Below, in pieces: positions 10,468 to 19,196 of a stretch of 64,000 nt of DNA. A model generated the notes under the pieces. The model did not search any database and was not told the origin of the DNA. It saw only the letters and a list, made by a program, of their open reading frames with translations. The translations under genes were made by a program, and so were the position numbers. Positions within the stretch are counted from its first letter, which is position 1, and the number at the start of each line of letters is the position of its first letter. This DNA is from an uncultured bacterium (lineage in GTDB: Bacteria > Desulfobacterota_D > UBA1144 > Nemesobacterales > UBA2774), in assembly GCA_963705505.1 (NCBI GenBank), contig CAVPJU010000010.1, forward strand, positions 32,001-96,000, in the 5' to 3' direction.

Positions 10468-10607
10468 TGTCATTTCGAACACACGTGAGAAATCTATTTT
10501 TTAATCCCCTCTCCCCTCCGAGGGAGAGGGCAAGGGTGAGGGGGTACATTAGAAATAAAAACTGCGTTCGTCACTGAGCGCACACGTAGTGTGCCGTCGA
10601 AGGGTGA
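10468..10607. repeat. Cluster of short REP-like palindromic elements between convergent genes
   Basis: TGTCATTTCGAAC..GTGAGAAATCT (10468-10495), CCCCTCTCCC..GGGAGAGGG..GGGTGAGGGG (10506-10544) and GTCACTGAGC..GTCGAAGGG (about 10570-10604). Confidence 0.55.
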
Positions 10608-10632
10608 GTTGGGATGGGTAAAAACAGCTGCC

Positions 10633-12345
10633 TCACTTCTGCTCCACTTGCAATGTCCTCAGCCTGTTTATCGCCGCGGCAAGCTCGATCTTCCTGAACT
10701 CCGCATAGCCTCCCGAAATCCTCGTACCTATGACATCGAGCCCGTCCCTCGCTATGTCCATCATTACGAGGGATGCCACCTCCCTCAATGTCCTCTTCCC
10801 GTCCATGTACCTCCGCGCGTACTCTATGGCGTCCCCGATCGCCGCAGTCTGGCATATATCCACAAGCTGCTCGACGGCGTGCAGGTCTATCTTCTGTCTC
10901 CCGAAAGATATCGATTGGAGGCTCTTGGCCGAAATCTTGACGTCCTTCTTCCCCTTCCTCGGGTCGAAGCTCCCGGCAAGAGGTATCCTGTCGGTCACCC
11001 TCCCTAATGGGCCTCCCCCCTCCTTCTTCCTCTCGCTCGGGAACCTCCGCGCTATTTCGAGCGCCTCGGCAGTGACATTCGCAGGCTTATATTCGATCAT
11101 ACAGATCACGTGGTCTGCCACATCGAAGTAGTCCCCGGAGCCCCCCATCACGAGCACCGTTGATACCCTCTGGTCCGTGTAGAGGCTCCTGACCGTGTCT
11201 ATGTAGGGCGTTATAGGCTCCCTGTCCTTCGATACGAGCTCCTGCATGCGGTGGTCCCTTATCATGAAGTTCGTCGCCGAGGTGTCCTCGTCGATCAGCA
11301 GCACGTGAGCGCCCGATTCGAGCGATTCCAGTATGTTCGCCGCCTGAGACGTGCTTCCGCTCGCATCCTCGGTTGAGAAGGACTTGGTGTCCTTCCCGTA
11401 GGGGAGGTTCGAGATGAATGGCGATATGTCCACCTTCTCGATCCGCCTCCCGTCCTCGGCCCTTATCCTGACCGCGTTCGGGTTGGTGACGACGAACTCC
11501 CTCCCGTCCCCGGGAATGTGGTTGTAGATGCCCTCGGATACGGCCTCAAGCAGAGTGGACTTGCCGTGATACCCGCCTCCGACGATGAGCGTCACCCCTT
11601 TCGGTATCCCCATCCCGGATATCTGCCCCCTGTTCGGAAGCTCTACGTCCATTTTGAGTGAAGGAGGGGACTCGAACGGGACCGCCTCGTCTTCACTCAT
11701 AGGCCCCGGGTCGATTCCGCTCGCTCGGGGGAGTATGCTCCCCTCAGCGATGAAGGATACGCAGCCGAGCCCTTCTATCTCGTTCCGGAGAAAATCCGCG
11801 TCCTCAGCCGTCTCGATGTGCTCGTATAGAGCGTCCTCGTCGAGGTTCCCGAATATCATCGAAAACCTGACTATCTTCGGAAGCTCCTCGAAGAACATGG
11901 CCTCCGCGTGCTTCCCGGCCACACTGCGTCCGAAAGCCGGCAGGCCCATCCCGAACCTCGCTTCGGCATACATGTGCGTGACGACCACCGACGAGCGCTC
12001 GAGTATCTGCTGGCCCGGCCTGCTCATGGATATCAGGCCGCTCTTCCCGCTCCCCCTGTTCCCTAAGGAGAACTTCTCCGACGCTGAGTTGAATGCCCTG
12101 GCGATGAAGTCCCTGAGCGCGATCTCCCTCGTCTTCCCGGAGTAGGTGTCCTTCGGGAACCCGGCGGTGTCCTGATAGACCCTTACCCTCACGCGGGACG
12201 GCGAGGCGAAGGGGTCCCCCTGCACCCGGTCTATATAGAATACGAAATCGTCAAACCCGTACTCGCCCGCAATATCCCTGTACGCTGGGTATCCCCTGCC
12301 GTCTATAATCCTGAGCGCGTCCCTCAAATCGTGTGCGGTCTTCAT
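10633..12345 (-). CDS. ABC-ATPase domain-containing protein (PF09818-like)
   Basis: VQGDPFASPS, Walker A GGGYHGKST, DASGSTSQAA, LLIDEDTSATNF. Confidence 0.85.
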   Translation of the reverse strand: MKTAHDLRDALRIIDGRGYPAYRDIAGEYGFDDFVFYIDRVQGDPFASPSRVRVRVYQDTAGFPKDTYSGKTREIALRDFIARAFNSASEKFSLGNRGSGKSGLISMSRPGQQILERSSVVVTHMYAEARFGMGLPAFGRSVAGKHAEAMFFEELPKIVRFSMIFGNLDEDALYEHIETAEDADFLRNEIEGLGCVSFIAEGSILPRASGIDPGPMSEDEAVPFESPPSLKMDVELPNRGQISGMGIPKGVTLIVGGGYHGKSTLLEAVSEGIYNHIPGDGREFVVTNPNAVRIRAEDGRRIEKVDISPFISNLPYGKDTKSFSTEDASGSTSQAANILESLESGAHVLLIDEDTSATNFMIRDHRMQELVSKDREPITPYIDTVRSLYTDQRVSTVLVMGGSGDYFDVADHVICMIEYKPANVTAEALEIARRFPSERKKEGGGPLGRVTDRIPLAGSFDPRKGKKDVKISAKSLQSISFGRQKIDLHAVEQLVDICQTAAIGDAIEYARRYMDGKRTLREVASLVMMDIARDGLDVIGTRISGGYAEFRKIELAAAINRLRTLQVEQK

Positions 12346-12586
12346 CGATTCGGGAATAATATGATACTTTGAGAGTGAAGTCCACAGCGGGAATATCTAA
12401 AACCGGACAGCCCGAAAACAGACATTGAGGGCACCGGTTTTCATAGACTCAGCCGCGGCTATAAATTTGTGAACGGGTGCTGTTAAAACTTGTGGAAATG
12501 CAAAAATAAATATTGTATGTTGTTTGGTGGTTGGGGGATATAACACACCGCGGGCGGATTTCAATTTCACTGAAGGAGGTATTGGT

Positions 12587-12918
12587 ATGAAGTCTAATTT
12601 CAGCAAGTGGTTAATCATCCTTTGCGCCGGAGTGCTTGTGGGCTCGGGCTGGGCGCATGCAAGCGGAACGAAGAGCCTGCAGAGGAAAAGGTCGAAGAGG
12701 TCGAGGTTGACGAGGTCGAGACACCGTCTGCGCAGGATACTACCGAAGATATGACGGAGGAGTCTGTTGAGATGTCAGTCCAGGAATCGACCGGTTCCGG
12801 CACTGAAGTAGAGGAAACGGTTGAAGAGACCGTGGATTCCGTTCAGGACGCGGACCAGCCAGCGCCCGACCAGACGCCCGACAAGAGCGGACAGGATTCC
12901 GGTCAAAACGCGCAGTAG
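12587..12918 (+). CDS. Small acidic lipoprotein, apparently frameshifted at about 12640
   Basis: AAGGAGGT RBS then ATG 12587. MKSNFSKWLIILCAGVLV joins GLGLGA-CKRNEEPAEEK... if one G is added to GGG at 12640-12642, giving a lipobox LGAC and 110 aa. Confidence 0.7.
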
Positions 12919-12978
12919 GATTTAAAACGGTATCGTTAACGGAGTTCAAGGGTAGGTTTTATTTATAGAACATAATCG

Positions 12979-13008
12979 GGGCGGGCATATACGGTGTCCG
13001 CCCTTTTT
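12979..13008 (+). terminator. Rho-independent terminator
   Basis: GGGCGGGCA-loop-TGTCCGCCC followed by TTTTT. Confidence 0.75.
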
Positions 13009-13133
13009 GTTGATTCTTCCGATCCGGACCTGACTTAAGCTCTTATTTCACCCTCCTCACAGTCTCTCGATTTATTCCTCACGCGCCGGCCCCGCCTTGT
13101 GCGGAGTCCGCTTCAAAGATAAAATACCTCTCT

Positions 13134-13361
13134 ATGAAATCCAGGAGAACGTTCGAGGACGCCCTTAAGGAGCTCAAGGAAATAATACGCAAGCTCGAGA
13201 GCGGCAACCTCCCCCTCGAAGATTCGATAAAGCTCTTCCAGGAAGGGACCGAGCTCATCTCGTTTTCGCATAAAAAGCTCAATGAAATCAGGAAGAAAGT
13301 CGAGATACTCGTCGAAAAGAACGGGGAGACGGCTTTTGAGGATTTCGAGCCCGAGAGCTGA
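13134..13361 (+). CDS. xseB: Exodeoxyribonuclease VII small subunit
   Basis: FEDALKELKEII.KLESG.L.LE.SI..F.EG; lies upstream of ispA. Confidence 0.9.
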   Translation: MKSRRTFEDALKELKEIIRKLESGNLPLEDSIKLFQEGTELISFSHKKLNEIRKKVEILVEKNGETAFEDFEPES

Positions 13362-13367
13362 TCCGCA

Positions 13368-14264
13368 ATGGGATTCGATATAAAAAGCTATCTTAATCAT
13401 AAGCGGGAGCTTGTGGACAGCAAGCTCGACTCGCTGCTGGCGGACGGGGGCGGTCATCCGACGAGGCTCCTCGAGTCCATGCGTTACAGCGCTCTCGCCG
13501 GGGGCAAGAGGCTCCGGCCGATACTCACGATCGCGGCGGGAGAGGCTGTGGGAGGCGACCCTTTAGAGGTCCTGCCCGTAGCGTGCGCTATAGAGATGAT
13601 CCATACCTATTCGCTCATACACGACGACCTCCCTTCCATGGACGACGATGCGCTCAGGAGGGGTGTGCCGACGAACCACAAAGTCTTCGGGGAGTCGACC
13701 GCGATACTCGCGGGGGACGCGCTTCTGACGGACGCATTCAGCATTATCGTGAGAGACGGGCTTAAAGCAGGCATAAGCCCCGAAGTTATCTGCGGCGTCG
13801 TGAGCGATATATCGCAGGCCGCGGGCTCACACGGTATGATAGAGGGGCAGGCTATAGACCTCGCTCTTGCGGGAATTAAGGACGTAACTATAGGCGAAGT
13901 CGAGCGAATGCACGCTCTCAAAACAGGCGCAATGATAAGGGTATCCGTCACGACGGGCGCGAGGATCGGCGGGGCGGATAAAGTACAACTCGCAAAACTC
14001 ACTTCCTACGCCGAAGCAGTCGGCCTCGCGTTTCAGATAATTGACGACGTGCTCGATGTAGAGGGGGAGGGGGACCTCGGCAAGGAGAGGGGCAACGACG
14101 CGAGACAGGGGAAATCCACTTACCCGGGGCTTGCGGGGATCGAGGAGTCGAAAAGGAAAGCTTCCGACCTCACGCGGAGCGCCGTCCGTATGCTTGAGGG
14201 CTTCGACGAAAAAGCCGAGCCGCTAAGGCAAATTGCGCTCTATCTGGGCTGCAGAAATCACTGA
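13368..14264 (+). CDS. ispA: Polyprenyl (farnesyl/geranylgeranyl) diphosphate synthase
   Basis: GGKRLRP, LIHDDLPSMDDDALRRG, KTG, FQIIDD. Confidence 0.9.
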   Translation: MGFDIKSYLNHKRELVDSKLDSLLADGGGHPTRLLESMRYSALAGGKRLRPILTIAAGEAVGGDPLEVLPVACAIEMIHTYSLIHDDLPSMDDDALRRGVPTNHKVFGESTAILAGDALLTDAFSIIVRDGLKAGISPEVICGVVSDISQAAGSHGMIEGQAIDLALAGIKDVTIGEVERMHALKTGAMIRVSVTTGARIGGADKVQLAKLTSYAEAVGLAFQIIDDVLDVEGEGDLGKERGNDARQGKSTYPGLAGIEESKRKASDLTRSAVRMLEGFDEKAEPLRQIALYLGCRNH

Positions 14265-15037
14265 TGAACATTAAAGAAGGCAGGGAACGCGCCTCGGGGA
14301 GGAAGAGGCTCGACGCAGTCCTCGTCGAGAGGGGGCTTGTTGAGACGAGGGCCAGGGCGCGCGCCGTCATCATGGCCGGGGACGTCTACGTCGACGGCGT
14401 CAAGACGGACAAGGCGGGCGCTCTCGTAAAGGAAGGCTCGGAGGTCGCGGTCAGGGATACCTCCCTTAAATACGTTAGCCGGGGAGGGCTCAAGCTCGAA
14501 GCAGCCTTGAGGGAGTTCGGCATAGACCCGAAGGGGAAGACGGCAATAGATATAGGCGCCTCCACAGGGGGCTTCACCGACTGCCTGCTCAAATCCGGAG
14601 CCGAGAAGGTTTACGCGATCGACGTGGGCTACGGCCAGCTCGACTGGAAGCTCAGGCAGGACCCGAGGGTCACGGTAAGAGAGAAGCTGAACGCCCGATA
14701 CATCAAGCCCGAAGACATAGGGGAGCCCGCGGATATAGTTGTTATAGACGTCTCATTCATTTCCCTCACGATGATAATCCCTCCCGCGATTGCGCTCCTT
14801 AAGCCGGGCGGAGTCCTCGTCGCGCTCATAAAGCCGCAGTTCGAGGTAGGGAAGGGGGAAGTGGGGAAGGGCGGCATAGTCAGGGACGAATCGAAGCACA
14901 GGGAAGTAGTGGATAAGATCACTGAATTCGTTAAGAGTCACGGTCTCGGAGTCCTCGGGGTTATTCCTTCGCCCATCGAAGGGGCTGAGGGGAATAAGGA
15001 ATTTCTGATTGCCGCGGTTAAAGGGAACGAAGATTAG
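14264..15037 (+). CDS. tlyA: TlyA family rRNA (cytidine-2'-O)-methyltransferase
   Basis: S4 domain, YVSRGGLKL, DIGASTGGFTD, DVSFIS, KPQFE. Confidence 0.92.
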   Translation: MNIKEGRERASGRKRLDAVLVERGLVETRARARAVIMAGDVYVDGVKTDKAGALVKEGSEVAVRDTSLKYVSRGGLKLEAALREFGIDPKGKTAIDIGASTGGFTDCLLKSGAEKVYAIDVGYGQLDWKLRQDPRVTVREKLNARYIKPEDIGEPADIVVIDVSFISLTMIIPPAIALLKPGGVLVALIKPQFEVGKGEVGKGGIVRDESKHREVVDKITEFVKSHGLGVLGVIPSPIEGAEGNKEFLIAAVKGNED

Positions 15038-15052
15038 GAGAGTACGATCGGG

Positions 15053-15697
15053 CTATTTCTTTCCCCAGTCTGCGAGGAACCTTTCAAGCCCGATATCAGT
15101 GAGCGGGTGTTTCACTAACTGTTTGAATACCTTGTACGGCATTGTCGCAATGTCTGCACCCATTTTCGCCGCTTCGACTACGTGGAGCGGGTGTCTCACG
15201 CTCGCTACGAGCACTTCCGTTTTGATGTCGTAGTTCTCGAAAATTTGAACGATGTCCTTGACCATCTCCATGCCGAATTCCGATATATCGTCGAGCCTGC
15301 CGACGAACGGGCTCACGTAAGCGGCTCCTGCTTTCGCGGCGAGGAGCGCCTGAGAAGGGGAGAATATCAGCGTCACGTTCACGTTTATGCCTTCGTCTGA
15401 CACAATTTTCGTCGCCTTAATCCCGTCCTCGGTGAGCGGCATCTTCACGACCACGTGCTCGTGTATTTCAGCGAGGTCCCTCGCCTCGTCTATCATGCGC
15501 TCTATGTCCGTCGAGAGCACCTCGGCGCTCACGGGCCCCTTTACGATCTCGCATATCTCCCTGACGAGTTCCTTGAACCCCTTCTGCTCGCCTTCCTTGG
15601 ATACGAGGGACGGGTTAGTCGTCACGCCGTCGAGCACGCCGTAGCTCGCGGCGTCCCTTATCTCGTCGAGATTCGCGGTATCGAGAAAGAATTTCAT
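15053..15697 (-). CDS. fsa: Transaldolase / fructose-6-phosphate aldolase
   Basis: [33 protein letters not shown]. Confidence 0.9.
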   Translation of the reverse strand: MKFFLDTANLDEIRDAASYGVLDGVTTNPSLVSKEGEQKGFKELVREICEIVKGPVSAEVLSTDIERMIDEARDLAEIHEHVVVKMPLTEDGIKATKIVSDEGINVNVTLIFSPSQALLAAKAGAAYVSPFVGRLDDISEFGMEMVKDIVQIFENYDIKTEVLVASVRHPLHVVEAAKMGADIATMPYKVFKQLVKHPLTDIGLERFLADWGKK

Positions 15698-15854
15698 GAC
15701 TGCCTCCTCATCGAAATTGAGGTGGAATATACCATAATTCCCGCGGGCTTTGAAATTATAAGCGCTATTGAGATCGATTATCCCCGGAATTATTTGACAA
15801 ATATGGTATTCCCTGCAAAATATTCACGATTATCCGCAGGAGGGATGTAATTTA

Positions 15855-16145
15855 ATGGCTAAAAGAATTAAATCCGGAATCAAGAAACACCGTCAGAGCA
15901 TAAAGAAAAGAGACAGGAACACCATAGTTAAATCCGACCTCAAGACTCAGGTAAAGAAGATCAGCACACTTATTGAGAATAAGGACGTAAAGGCTGCGGA
16001 AGAAATTCTGAGAGAGACGGAATCAAAGCTCAAGAAAGCCGCTTCGAAGGGCGTAATCAATAAAAAAACTGCATCGAGGAAGACCGGCAGGCTCGCGAAA
16101 AGGATATCTCAGCTCTCAAAAGCTCCTGAAGCCCCCGCTTCGTAA
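15855..16145 (+). CDS. rpsT: 30S ribosomal protein S20
   Basis: KSGIKKHRQS...RN...KS.LKT..KK; ASKGVI.KKTASRK. Confidence 0.92.
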   Translation: MAKRIKSGIKKHRQSIKKRDRNTIVKSDLKTQVKKISTLIENKDVKAAEEILRETESKLKKAASKGVINKKTASRKTGRLAKRISQLSKAPEAPAS

Positions 16146-16153
16146 ATACCCCC

Positions 16154-17158
16154 TCAGCTCCTGGCACACAATTCAAGCACGAGCTTCGTTAGCACGAAGC
16201 TCTTAGGCACGTAGCTCAGCTTGAGCTTCCTATCGCACTCGGCGAGCGCCTCCATTATGCGCGCTATGTCCTCGTACGTGAACTTTTTCAGATCCTCGCT
16301 CAGGTAATAGTACTGTCCGGGGGAAATCTTCAGCTCCTTGATCATCTCCGCCTGCGGCGTCTTCTTGTCCAGGAGCTCCTTCGCCCTCCATATTAGCCTG
16401 AACCTCCAGGTCAGAAGCCCCAGTATGGACAGAGGCTCCTCGCCGGCCGCTTCGAGATCACTCAAAACCATGTGGGCTGTCCGCTTGTCTCTTTTAGAGA
16501 CCGCATTTATGAGCTGATAGATGTCGGCGAACTTCGTCTTGCTCGTAAGGCTCTCGACGTCGTTTGGTCCTATGGTCTTTTTGTCCCCTTTGTATATCGA
16601 AATCTTTATAAGCTCGTTGTGTATCTCCTGGAGGTCATCCCCGACGAGGCCGATCAGGGTCTCGGCTCCAGCGTTTGTAATTTCGTATCCGAGCCTCCGT
16701 GCTTCCTCCTTCACCGCGGACATAGCGTCACCCTTCCCGAGTGTGAAGTCGAATACGGATACGTTTTTCCCTCCGCCGAGCCTGGGTTTCTTCCCCTCGG
16801 AAAATATGAGGACGAGGCACGCCGCAGGCGATGGGGACGATATATAAGGTTCGAGCGCGGTAAGCTCCTTAGCCGATAATTTGTCGGCGTTTTTCACCAC
16901 AATGAGCTTCTTTTTCGAGAACATCGGGTATGTGCTCGCGTTATCCGCGATCTCCTTCCCCGACGCGCTTTCCCCGTGGAAGACTATGTAATTTATATCC
17001 CCCGAAGGGCCGAGAAGCTTTTGCCTTAGCTCAGATACCGCCTTCTCAATGAGATATGACTGGTCTCCCGTGAATACGAGCACCGGCGCGGGATCGCCCG
17101 AAGCTATGTAATCCGTGAAGTCATCCGAGCCTGATTTCCCCCTGGGTTTTTGTTTCAT
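16154..17158 (-). CDS. holA: DNA polymerase III subunit delta
   Basis: PMFS.KKLIVVK, GDDL..I.NEL.K, D..LK pattern; convergent with rpsT as commonly seen. Confidence 0.85.
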   Translation of the reverse strand: MKQKPRGKSGSDDFTDYIASGDPAPVLVFTGDQSYLIEKAVSELRQKLLGPSGDINYIVFHGESASGKEIADNASTYPMFSKKKLIVVKNADKLSAKELTALEPYISSPSPAACLVLIFSEGKKPRLGGGKNVSVFDFTLGKGDAMSAVKEEARRLGYEITNAGAETLIGLVGDDLQEIHNELIKISIYKGDKKTIGPNDVESLTSKTKFADIYQLINAVSKRDKRTAHMVLSDLEAAGEEPLSILGLLTWRFRLIWRAKELLDKKTPQAEMIKELKISPGQYYYLSEDLKKFTYEDIARIMEALAECDRKLKLSYVPKSFVLTKLVLELCARS

Positions 17159-17292
17159 CTTCGGTTCACGTATCGGATGGATTAATCATCGCGCCTGAAA
17201 GCGGGATGGATTACAGGTGAGTATATTCGAGCGCGGGAGGGGAGGCAAGCGGGCTGGAAAGGGGCGCGCAATCGTTTACACTCTACACTGAA

Positions 17293-17964
17293 ATGGACTC
17301 GGACACGAAAGGCGTTATAAGCTGGGAATACCTCGGCACCGTGAGTTATTCCGACGGCTTGGCGCTCCAGAACGAGCGGCGCGAGAGAATGCGCTCGGGA
17401 GGCTCCGGTACAGGCGGCTACCTTCTCCTCCTCCAGCATCACCCCGTCATCACGGACGGCAGGTTCGGGCGCGGCGGCAACATCATACTCACGCCCGAAG
17501 CGATGGAGAAGCGCGGCGTCGAGTTATATAAAACCGAGAGGGGAGGGGACGTCACGTTCCACGGCCCCGGCCAGCTCGTCGCGTACCCGATAATCGATCT
17601 CCGGGCTTTCGGTCTCGGGGCGAAAGCCTACGTCGGCGCTCTCGAGGACACCGTCGTACGCGTGATCGGGGATTTCGGTCTGCAAGGTGTGCGCATGGAG
17701 AAGCTTCGCGGCGTCTGGGCTTACGGAGGCAAGATCGCGTCTGTCGGGGTCTCGGTCAGGGGCGGAATAACCATGCACGGCTGCGCGCTTAACGTGAATA
17801 CCGACCTCAGCTATTTCTCCATGATAATCCCCTGCGGCATCGAGGGCGTTATGATAACGTCGATGAAGGATATTCTGGACGAGGAGATCGACTTCGAAGC
17901 GGTTAGCGCATCGTTCGTCCGTCATTTCGGCGAGGTCTTCAAAGCCGAGATGAGAAGTTCGTAG
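17293..17964 (+). CDS. lipB: Lipoyl(octanoyl) transferase
   Basis: LLQHHPV.T.G, RGGDVTFHGPGQLVAYPI, KIASVG, HG.ALNV, PCGI. Confidence 0.92.
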   Translation: MDSDTKGVISWEYLGTVSYSDGLALQNERRERMRSGGSGTGGYLLLLQHHPVITDGRFGRGGNIILTPEAMEKRGVELYKTERGGDVTFHGPGQLVAYPIIDLRAFGLGAKAYVGALEDTVVRVIGDFGLQGVRMEKLRGVWAYGGKIASVGVSVRGGITMHGCALNVNTDLSYFSMIIPCGIEGVMITSMKDILDEEIDFEAVSASFVRHFGEVFKAEMRSS

Positions 17965-18280
17965 CACTCGTGCCCCAAAACTACCCTGATAGCAGCACGA
18001 AAGCAGACCGATTACGTCATTTCATGTTTCAATCCATCATCCTGACAGCATATACCCTTAAGCAATATGCTGATTGGCTATTATCTATTATACGGTGTCA
18101 TTCCCGCAACGATTGCGCACGAGTAAGCAATCGGACGCCATGACAACAAAGGCACCGACGTAAAATAACTCCTGCCTGAATGTTGCTGAAGTCCAAATAG
18201 GGGTAGGGAGGATTTTAAGTTCGTCGTTATTATATGATTATCTAAGTAGTTTTGAACAATTGATAATTCAATGCCTAGAG

Positions 18281-18706
18281 TTATCCCCCGCAAAGCTCGA
18301 GCGCATTGAAGAAGTAGCCGATCTCGAACGCGGCAGATTCGGGCGAGTCCGAACCGTGTACGGTATTCTCCTCGATGCTCGTCGCGAAATCCTTCCTTAT
18401 TGTCCCTTCAGCGGCCTGGGCGGGATTGGTGGCCCCCATAATCTCTCTATTTTTGGCGATGGCGTTCTCCCCTTCGAGCACCATCAGGACGACAGGGCCC
18501 CGCGACATGAAATCGGTCAGGCTCCCGTAAAAGGGCCTATCCTTGTGCACTATGTAGAAGCCCTCCGCGTCCTTTTTGGTGAGCTTTACCATTTTGAGAG
18601 CAGCGATTCTGAGCCCGTTCTTCTCGAACCTGCTTATGACTTCTCCGATTACGTTTTTTTCGACACCGTCAGGTTTTATGATCGATAAAGTGCGTTCCAA
18701 TTTCAT
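18281..18706 (-). CDS. ndk: Nucleoside-diphosphate kinase
   Basis: [22 protein letters not shown]. Confidence 0.95.
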   Translation of the reverse strand: MKLERTLSIIKPDGVEKNVIGEVISRFEKNGLRIAALKMVKLTKKDAEGFYIVHKDRPFYGSLTDFMSRGPVVLMVLEGENAIAKNREIMGATNPAQAAEGTIRKDFATSIEENTVHGSDSPESAAFEIGYFFNALELCGG

Positions 18707-19196
18707 GCCTCCAGGTTATTTTTGCCCCTTAATTTTTTCGGCAAATTCAGTTTTGTCAAATGCCGGGCGCCCCGCGGCCCCATGTCCCTTATCCCCGAGC
18801 GAAGGGTTTTACAGCCCTATTTCATTCCGGGAGTCCCCATTATCTGCCGCAACTATTCGGTTTCCGGCAAAAATACTGAAAATTAACTCTTGCCCTATTT
18901 GCTTTCATGCCCGATAATTAAATATAGACCGGATTATACGCTTTATGTCCGGTAATGGATGATGGAATAAGACTCGGAGGTGTCCCGGTCTTTTCATCGG
19001 CATACGGACTATATGACTTACGGTTCATCGGCGATCCCGGCTCTCAGGGTACGGAGATTGCGACATATTTTACTGCCCCGCTCATTTTTAGGAGCTTATT
19101 TTTCTCTCCCGGTAAGGAAAAATTCTGTAAATATGATAAATTAATACCTGTTATGGTACGGGATGATGAGACCGCGCCGCCAAGAGAAGGGAAAAC

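Noticed and set aside
14264..15037. Hemolysin/virulence factor
   Set aside because: TlyA here is in its usual housekeeping context and has rRNA methyltransferase motifs.
17965..18280. Small gene or ncRNA between lipB and ndk
   Set aside because: The 70-aa ORF has no RBS or recognisable motif and overlaps ndk; only a REP-like half-site is visible.
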